Shown here: positions 1-7,600 of the stretch, one piece after another
Layout: every line of letters begins with the position of its first letter
Position numbering within the stretch: the first letter of the stretch is position 1
Virus record (IMG/VR): IMGVR_UViG_3300019093_001482
Coordinates: 1 to 60,741 of that record
Length of the DNA stretch: 60,741 nt
Source of the DNA: a virus
Taxonomy: Duplodnaviria; Caudoviricetes
Direction: 5' to 3' (one strand)
Position numbers and translations under genes: made by a program
Notes under the pieces: model-generated
The model's database searches: none
Seen by the model: only the letters and a program-made list of their open reading frames with translations
Told to the model about the DNA's origin: nothing

Positions 1-510
1 ATGAAAACCAAAACCACTCACGCTCTTTTGCTTGGTGCCGCTATTCTGTTCGCAGCTACAGGTAATGCTCTGGCAGACACACGTTGTTCCAGGGACGCTT
101 ACAACAATGTCACTTGTATGGATTCTTATGGCAACACCGTACGCGGATCTACTGACGCGTACGGTAATTCAACCTATAGAGACAATCGAGGCAACACCGT
201 ATATGGCTCCCGTGATGCATATGGCAACTCGACATATCGAGACAACCGCGGAAATACGACTTATGGCACTTCGGACGCTTATGGTAATTCCACCTATCGT
301 GACAACCGTGGCAATACTACATATGGTTCGACTGACGCCTATGGCAACTCGACATATCGAGACAATTATGGCAATACGACCAGGTCATCAACGGATGCTT
401 ACGGCAATTCGACCTACCAGAATAACAACCTCTACAATCAGCCAAGCAATCTTTATAAGCAGAATAAAATTTGCACAAAAGACTACTACGGTAACGTAAC
501 TTGCAGATAG
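1..510 (+). CDS. Exported repeat protein with 20-aa DAYGNSTYRDNRGNT repeats
   Basis: N-terminal signal peptide (…GNALA|D), five 20-aa repeats, Cys pairs at both ends. Confidence 0.8.
   Translation: MKTKTTHALLLGAAILFAATGNALADTRCSRDAYNNVTCMDSYGNTVRGSTDAYGNSTYRDNRGNTVYGSRDAYGNSTYRDNRGNTTYGTSDAYGNSTYRDNRGNTTYGSTDAYGNSTYRDNYGNTTRSSTDAYGNSTYQNNNLYNQPSNLYKQNKICTKDYYGNVTCR
145..420 (+). repeat. 60-nt coding tandem repeat, about 5 copies
   Basis: gacgcNtaYggYaaYtcNacNtaYcgN gacaaYcgNgg recurs every 60 nt; wobble positions vary. Confidence 0.85.
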
Positions 511-687
511 CTTCTAAGAAATTCCTGATCAATAATTTAGGAATGCATAGGGCAATTGTTTTAGCACTGTTAAGCGTAGGACTTATTTTTAAGCCAGAGC
601 AAAGACCGATCATCTTGATTGCCAATATGCATCCTGTTACAAGATAGAGTTACTTCCTTTTCAAGATTCAATTAAGGGTTTCATAAT

Positions 688-1110
688 ATGTCTCAAAGCA
701 AAGTATCAATTTCGACTGTAAATAAAGAATTGCTCGCCCTGCTCACATCTGAAGGTTTTCGCCCGAGTTTTACCGATGACGGAGTTATCGAGGTGAAGGT
801 CGAGGGTGGGATATTCTTTATTTCGACCGAAGAAACGGATGTCGGTTTCTTTGGGATTACTTACCCCAATTTCTGGGCGGAAGACAATAATACGAATGCT
901 TCAAGGATGATAGACGCATGCAACAAAGCAAATTCTCAATCCAAGTTTGCGAAATGTGTATCTCTAGACAATTCAGCTCATTGCATGATACAAGCGTTGC
1001 ATCCAAACGCCGAAAGCTTCGTTAATAATTTCCCACGATATGTGTCTGCCATTAAATTTGGGGTCAATTCATTTGTTGAGAGCATGAATTCAACAACAAC
1101 AAGGCACTAG
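688..1110 (+). CDS. YbjN-like (T3SS chaperone fold) protein
   Basis: 140 aa; EGFRPSFTDDG…YPNFW…ACNKANSQSKFAK pattern resembles YbjN domains. Confidence 0.6.
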   Translation: MSQSKVSISTVNKELLALLTSEGFRPSFTDDGVIEVKVEGGIFFISTEETDVGFFGITYPNFWAEDNNTNASRMIDACNKANSQSKFAKCVSLDNSAHCMIQALHPNAESFVNNFPRYVSAIKFGVNSFVESMNSTTTRH

Positions 1111-1115
1111 TCGCC

Positions 1116-1541
1116 ATGACACGCCAACCCAAAAAAATATCTGCAGACAAAACGCCCGCGCCTTTTATTGGCTTAACAAGTGGTGCAATCATTGGCTTAA
1201 TTGCGATTTGGCTGGATGCAGGTCCATTGCGAAACACTTTGACCATTTTGGCTGCCCCGATTGCTGTGGCAATTACGACGTTCTCGAGTACTTTTACTTC
1301 TTTAGTAAGCGACATGTACCAAAATTATGATCGTAGAAAAACCGAGGAAAGCGTAGAGAGAAAAACGTCAGAAATCTTGGCGGATAAGAATATGACAGAC
1401 GAGCACAAGCAGCTCGCAATGAACAAGCGTAACTCAGCAAAAGTTCAGTCACTATTAAGAGACTGTGATAAGTTAAATCTATCAACAGCCATACTGTCAA
1501 ATAAGTCGACAACCGAAAATATTCAGAATAAAAAATCTTGA
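1116..1541 (+). CDS. Two-TM membrane protein with C-terminal helical region
   Basis: Two hydrophobic segments; starts 5 nt after the YbjN-like gene. Confidence 0.65.
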   Translation: MTRQPKKISADKTPAPFIGLTSGAIIGLIAIWLDAGPLRNTLTILAAPIAVAITTFSSTFTSLVSDMYQNYDRRKTEESVERKTSEILADKNMTDEHKQLAMNKRNSAKVQSLLRDCDKLNLSTAILSNKSTTENIQNKKS

Positions 1542-1865
1542 AGTATTGATGAATCTAGAAGTTTAGAAGGTGTTCCTCGCTGGTCAACGTTTGCGGCATC
1601 GACAGCAAGTCAAAAATAACGTACAGAATGGTCCAATCCTGTCAGGCAAATAAAAAAAGAAGCATTTAATTATTCACAATTGAGACCTTATGGATGACTG
1701 AGGAATGCCAGTTGCCAACGCAAGGCCATTACGGGTCATTTTGCGTTGATTTAGTAAAAAATCTATATTTGAACGAACATGCATAACCAAACTCAATAAG
1801 ACTGTATGTGCATTCAGTATAATTGAGAATAATTTTCCCAACCAAGTTTTCTAAATTTGACCAAT

Positions 1866-1889
1866 TAAAAAGCCCCAAAAAGGGGCTTA
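1866..1889 (-). terminator. Rho-independent terminator ending the late operon
   Basis: Minus strand AAGCCCC-TTTTT-GGGGCTT followed by Ts, directly after the last late ORF. Confidence 0.75.
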
Positions 1890-1891
1890 GA

Positions 1892-2044
1892 CTACTTTTT
1901 ACCGCCGAGCATCTTATCCCATAGGTAGGCCAGTGCAATCAATCCAGCGATGCATATTGGAATGCCAATGAACATTTCGATGCTCGAAAACATCACTCCA
2001 AGCACTGCTAGGCCTACCAATATCCAATAAAGATTGAGATTCAA
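1892..2044 (-). CDS. Small 50-aa membrane protein (not in ORF track)
   Basis: TTG start overlaps the upstream TGA (TTGA); GGAGG SD 7 nt upstream; MNLNLYWILVGLAVLGVMFSSIEMFIGIPICIAGLIALAYLWDKMLGGKK. Confidence 0.6.
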   Translation of the reverse strand: MNLNLYWILVGLAVLGVMFSSIEMFIGIPICIAGLIALAYLWDKMLGGKK

Positions 2045-4656
2045 TTTAACGCCTCCCTCACACTCGCCCGAGTGGATTTTGGTGCAGTTTTCAACAAACG
2101 TGCATTTGCTGTTTTTCGCATTTCAATGACTCTGCGGCGGATCGCAGTGACGTCGATTTTAATCTTACTATCTGGGTTTTTCTCGTTCCAGCCCAACATT
2201 TCTTTGCGGGCATCCGCAACGCCATCTTGATCGCCTTCTGCCAAAGCATGCGCCCACTTGTCCGCGATGTTTGCCTGCACGTTCTTGATCATGGCAATGT
2301 CTTGGACTTCATCCTGTCGTGCGCGAGAACCTTCAGCAATGTGTTGAGGCTGCAGCCCTACTGCCTTGGCAGCGGCGTCCATCAAACCGACTTTTTCGAC
2401 ATTACGCCCCTTTGTATCCTTGTAGTAACCACTGGTTGCCATACTGACGCTCTGGGCGACATTCTTCACGGCCCCAGGAGCTGCTTGCATAAGCGCACCT
2501 TGAGGACCGAAGATGTCACCATCTTGTACCTTACCTACAGATTTCATGAAAGCCTGTAGGATGCCGCCAAATGCCCCAGCAGCTTCCAGTACATCGCGGC
2601 TCTTGTCAGTTTCCGACTGTTTGAAAATGGCCGAGCCAGGAATCAGATTGCCCATACCCAGGCGGCCATGCAAATCCACGCCGGTTTGCGTGGACAGGCC
2701 ATTTGTAACTATGACGCCCAGTGTTTCGCCCAGATAGATCTTCATGGCCAGGCGCAGGGCTTTTTTGCTGTTGGTGTTGTAGCCCAGGCTTTCCCCAACG
2801 GTATCAATCAGATCCTCGATGTCGTCAGCGAACGGCAAGCCCTGCAGGCCAGCGGCCAACACCAGCAGCCCAAGTGCCAGCATTTTTTGTTTAGCTGGCA
2901 GCCGGGTCAGGAATTCAACATAGCTGATCGAGAACTGCTTGAATGTGAACAAGGTGGCGCCAACAGCTCCACGCGCCCAGTTAGGGCGGTTTGCCTTGCT
3001 GTACAAGCCTTGCGTTTCTATGATCGCATTCTTCGCAAAATCATAGATAGTCTCAAAACCCGTTGCCTTTAAGGCTTCAGCACTCATATCCTGGCCAGTC
3101 TGGTAGGCAGCCAGGAACGTTAAGCGGCGGTTATAGGCTTCAGACGCAGAAAAGAACGATCCCCACAGCTTTGTGATGGCTCGCGCCCGGACACTGGTTC
3201 CAAGCGTAGAACCCGACGCATCTGCCATCAGGTTGTGTATCTCATGCGGATCAGTAATACCATCAGCCTTTGCACGCGCCAGTGCATCAGCCAACTCTTG
3301 ATCGCTGACTTTCCCAGTAACCGCCATTTTTGCCGATGAAGCCATGATGCTGGCCGTTTTCTTGCCAGCGTACTGCGACAGAAATGGGGTCGTCTGCAGT
3401 ACCGGCTGGGTCAAGTTCACAGCAGCTGATGCTATCGATCCACCAATGAAGTGCAGAAACATGTACCCGCGCAGTTTTTGCGCTTCTTCTTGTGGGTTAG
3501 ACAGGTACTCGACCAGTTTCTGAGCCTCGCGCTGTACGTCGCCTTTCTTCGCCAGCATCTCACTTGATAAAGCCTCTGTAACCAGGTGCGCATTGGCGTT
3601 TACCGAGGTTTGACGGGCATTCGACGTGATGAAGGATGCCAGCACCCGGTCAAGATCCTTTGAGAACCCGGCAATACCCTGGCGCTCCAGCATACGCTTC
3701 ATGCTGGATCTGCTTGCCTTGGCCAGGGCAATGTATTCTTGAAATGCTTCGTTTTTATCGGTGCCAGTGAATTTAGAAAATAGCTCAATTGTCTCTGGCG
3801 AGACGCCCTTAAACATGGCAAATGCATCTTTATTGAGCCTGCCCTTTTCGACCTCCATGCCGGCAAAGTCATTTTGGGCTTTGATGTAATCCATGTTCGC
3901 TTTTAAATGGGTTTCGTGCATGCCAAAGTACACAACATCCCCAGAACTCGGATCTGTAACCAGCACGGTATGTTCACCAAAGCGCATGGCTGGCATATAG
4001 CCTTTTGACTTCAATTCTTCGGAGAAAGCGACCAGGTCATCAATGCGCTGGTAAAGTTCATCACTTCTAGTGATCGTGGTACCGGGCACGCCCTTGTTCA
4101 TGGTGCCATTATCAAAGTAGTCTTTGACAGCCTGAACGGTATCGGCCACAGTCGCATTCTTCAGGTTGGAAATATCCATACCATTTGCCTGGCCCATCGA
4201 CGCGATCGTGGATTGCGCGAGCCGGTCAAGTGATGTCTCTACAGCTAGCCGCGCCTCACGGTACATTTCAATTTGTCTATCTGTCAGATCAAAATTGGAA
4301 CGTAGCTCGGCATCAGTAAAGACTTTTTGCTGCACGCCCTTCTTGCCCTCAATGTTCGCAAAAAGCGCTTCAGATACAGCTTTGAGGTTGGCTTGGTGGT
4401 CCTTGTCGCTGGAAAACACAGCCTTGGCGTTATCGCGAATCGAGTCCAGACGTCGCAAAATACTTGGAGCCAGGCGCTCTGCCTCTATGGCAAAGTGCGC
4501 AGTATCGTCAATTTGCTGTTGGCTGGCGTCAAAGACCTTCTTGAAATCGGCATCTTTCTTGGCTTTGTTGAACTGGGTACCGATGGTACGGTCCCAAATG
4601 TTGAATTTGCTGTTCTTGTCAAAAAGGGAGCGAACTGTACTGGCAGCTTCAGACAA
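2041..4656 (-). CDS. C-terminal PLxRFG-domain part of the large polyvalent virion protein (frameshifted)
   Basis: GYMPAMRFGEHTV motif; the frame stays open upstream to the G8 tract at 4746-4753. Confidence 0.75.
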   Translation of the reverse strand: MSEAASTVRSLFDKNSKFNIWDRTIGTQFNKAKKDADFKKVFDASQQQIDDTAHFAIEAERLAPSILRRLDSIRDNAKAVFSSDKDHQANLKAVSEALFANIEGKKGVQQKVFTDAELRSNFDLTDRQIEMYREARLAVETSLDRLAQSTIASMGQANGMDISNLKNATVADTVQAVKDYFDNGTMNKGVPGTTITRSDELYQRIDDLVAFSEELKSKGYMPAMRFGEHTVLVTDPSSGDVVYFGMHETHLKANMDYIKAQNDFAGMEVEKGRLNKDAFAMFKGVSPETIELFSKFTGTDKNEAFQEYIALAKASRSSMKRMLERQGIAGFSKDLDRVLASFITSNARQTSVNANAHLVTEALSSEMLAKKGDVQREAQKLVEYLSNPQEEAQKLRGYMFLHFIGGSIASAAVNLTQPVLQTTPFLSQYAGKKTASIMASSAKMAVTGKVSDQELADALARAKADGITDPHEIHNLMADASGSTLGTSVRARAITKLWGSFFSASEAYNRRLTFLAAYQTGQDMSAEALKATGFETIYDFAKNAIIETQGLYSKANRPNWARGAVGATLFTFKQFSISYVEFLTRLPAKQKMLALGLLVLAAGLQGLPFADDIEDLIDTVGESLGYNTNSKKALRLAMKIYLGETLGVIVTNGLSTQTGVDLHGRLGMGNLIPGSAIFKQSETDKSRDVLEAAGAFGGILQAFMKSVGKVQDGDIFGPQGALMQAAPGAVKNVAQSVSMATSGYYKDTKGRNVEKVGLMDAAAKAVGLQPQHIAEGSRARQDEVQDIAMIKNVQANIADKWAHALAEGDQDGVADARKEMLGWNEKNPDSKIKIDVTAIRRRVIEMRKTANARLLKTAPKSTRASVREALN

Positions 4657-4678
4657 AGTATTTGCTGATCTGAGAAGG

Positions 4679-7600
4679 TCATGTGCTTCTGCAAAAGTGC
4701 CTTTCCCAGAGCGAGAAAACAGAACTGCAGCCTTGTGGCCATCTGCCCCCCCCTGATGCCCCCGTCATTCTTTGCCAGGACAGGCCTACATATGGCTGCC
4801 CAGTCCAGGCCAATGTCCGGGCATGGATGTCACCGAGCAAAGGAATGATGTCAGAAGGTTTGGAGCCAGTTAGTCGGGTCCAGAACGGACCGTCTGATCC
4901 TGCAAAATATTGAATTTCCTTGTTTTTGCCTGTGGCAGGCTCAGCCCAGCCGCGCTTAACAAATTCCTTATAGGTAGTGCTATCGGACGGCGGCGCATAA
5001 ATTGAAAAATCACCATCAGACTGTACCTCAATGGTAAGTGCTGGATGGTCATCAAGACCGGCTTCAATTTGCTCTCTACCAAAAATATCAATGACAAGTT
5101 GCTCATTGCCATAAAAATTTTCGGTCAATCGTCCTTTGGTTGAGTATCCACTGAAGGGGCCCAGAGCTTGCGCAACCTCTCTTTCCACTGCTGGGTTTCC
5201 GCTTCCTGCTCCTCCAAGGTCTTTCGTGGCCGCGTCGGAATAACGTTTTGCCTTGCGGACGGTGGGCGAGTTGGGAATGTGCCGGGTGGTTCCCTCTGGG
5301 AAAGCGGATAAGAATACGGACGAGGCTCTTTCAATTTCTTCTTTCGAGACAATTGGTGCTTCAATTGTAATCTCTTCCGGGTTACTTGCAAGCAGTTCCT
5401 CCAACGTTGGCGGTGTTGTGCGCGAGAGAGCGCGGGCCTCAACATCACCAAACACATGGGATTTTGCACCCAGTTCAATATGTTCTCGCGCAAGTGCCAG
5501 CATCTGCAATGCCTCGGCAATAGTAGCGTTTTCCAGCCAGTTTGCAACTTTATCAAGGCCAATGGCGCGCAAGACTGATTGAAGCTTGGCAAGCAACTTC
5601 TCCAAACCATTGATTTCACGGCCAGTGCCCGCCATGTCGGCAAGTACTTCCTCGATCGATATGGTCAAGAATGCGTCGTCACTACGGTTACCCTTGATAT
5701 CCGCGTTTTCCTTGCGCCATTTGGCTGCAGCCTCGGCAATTTTGCGGTTTTTCATCCCGATGGAACGCAGTGCCAGTGCCAGGTCCTCACCAAATGCCCC
5801 ACGCAGGCCAGCATGCCCCAGCACTTCGTGAAATAGTACAAATTGCGCTTCTTGTGTGTTTTGCAGGTTATCGGCAACCAGCCAGGCCTGGCCGTTATGG
5901 AAAGCACCACGGGCATCGTCGGGGGCTTCAAACGGTAGGTCTTCTACAGATTGAACCGAATTAATCTTTGGAGCATTACCCCAATTTTTAGCGATATTGG
6001 CAACGTCAGTGTCAAGTTCCGATTTCTCTATGCCTTCGCTGAATCGTCCAAAGAACCCGCCTCGACGATAAAGCGCAATTCCTTTATCAGTGGGCTTTGT
6101 TTTAAGCGTGGCAAAGAGCCGGTCAAAAGCTGCATTGATCGTCGTCTGCTCCGCTTTGGTTGGATACAGAAATGGCCTGCCCTTGGCCATGGCTCCATCT
6201 GGAGAGGTATTTCTTGCAGTATGCGCCTCTTCACCCACGATATTTGCCAGGTAGTCATTCGCATGGCCGTGCTCGGCGGCCTTGTCGATGATATAACTCT
6301 CAAAAGAACGCGCTGCCATCTCAAAAGGCTCGGACCAGTAATCCTTGCTGCGGGTCTTATCCATTTCTATGGATCGAGATTTGAGGCCTGATCCGTCTAT
6401 CGCCTTCATAACGCCACTAAACGCGGCCAAGACTTCGGGGCGCACTGATTCATCAGCCACAACTGTACGGTTAGGACCATACACCATTTTTACCTTGGGC
6501 TTTTCGGTGACCATCGCACCCGGCTCACCTCGCGCCCGCGCAAAATAGTTGTCCAGGGCATGAAACCATTCATGCGCCAGGCTGCCGGCACCATTGCTTT
6601 TGGTCAGATTGATCACAATCTGTGCAGGCTCATAGTGCGCGGCTGCCGGGGTCACTCCCCCTTTGCCACGGGCACCAAATGCCAGGCCCAGCTCACCATT
6701 CAGTGAAACGGCACGATCGGGTATATTGATAATTTCCGCCAAGTCTTGCAGGGCATCATAAGCATTATTCAGGTCAGTAACACGCCGTTTTTGTTCGACA
6801 TAGTTCCCAAATTGCACTCCACGAAATCCAAAAGTTGCCGCAAATTTATCGGGGGAAACATCCTCGCCCTTGCGTCGATCAATACCAATTCGCGGGCTGT
6901 TAACTGAACGGCGCTCAGGCTGTGCTCGCTTCTTTTCTTCCAGTTGCTTGATCAGGTCTTCGTGATTTTCTGCCAAATACTTCCTGGCAGACGACACATC
7001 CGTGAACCCGGCTTTTAGGTCCACAAACTTATTGGCCGCCACTCTCTTGCCTATCACAATGGAGCCATCTGTGAGGCGATATAGGTCCAGTTGTACTAAT
7101 TGAGATTTACTCTCGGTCGCTTCTAGCTTCGTCCGCAATGCATCAAGTGCGTCAGTATATGAATCAAAATACCCTCTCGTGCGAGCGCTTTCAGTCACTT
7201 CATATTTTTCGATTTCCGGGGAATATGTCTTCCCTTGAAAAATGCTGTACGAGCGGCCAGCAATGCTGAAGTCAGATGCTCTCTTGAAAATTGGATATCC
7301 CAAATCAACATACATCTGAATTCGATTCGCAAATTTCAGGAACGCACCAGTTTTCTGGGTTTTCAATTGCTGTATGACAGTCCCAACATCATGTTTTCCC
7401 GAAACAAGATCCTGCGCAAATGCACGCAACTCGATGACGGTTTCTGCCCATCTGCGAACTTTATGAGGCATACGTGGCTTAGCCGGAATCTCATCCCGCA
7501 TTGCCTTGATTGCAGCCAGGATACGCACATCTGCACCCTGGCTGATCATCGCCTCGTATTCTGGTTCAGGAAAATACTTGCTCAAGGTGATGTCTTTTAC

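Noticed and set aside
145-420. 60-nt periodic repeat as a possible CRISPR array
   Set aside because: No unique spacers, variation is at codon wobble positions, it lies in frame within an ORF, and there are no cas genes.
32-499. Second same-strand frame over the first gene
   Set aside because: Stop-free because of the repeat, with no SD or coupling, unlike the MTase overlap.
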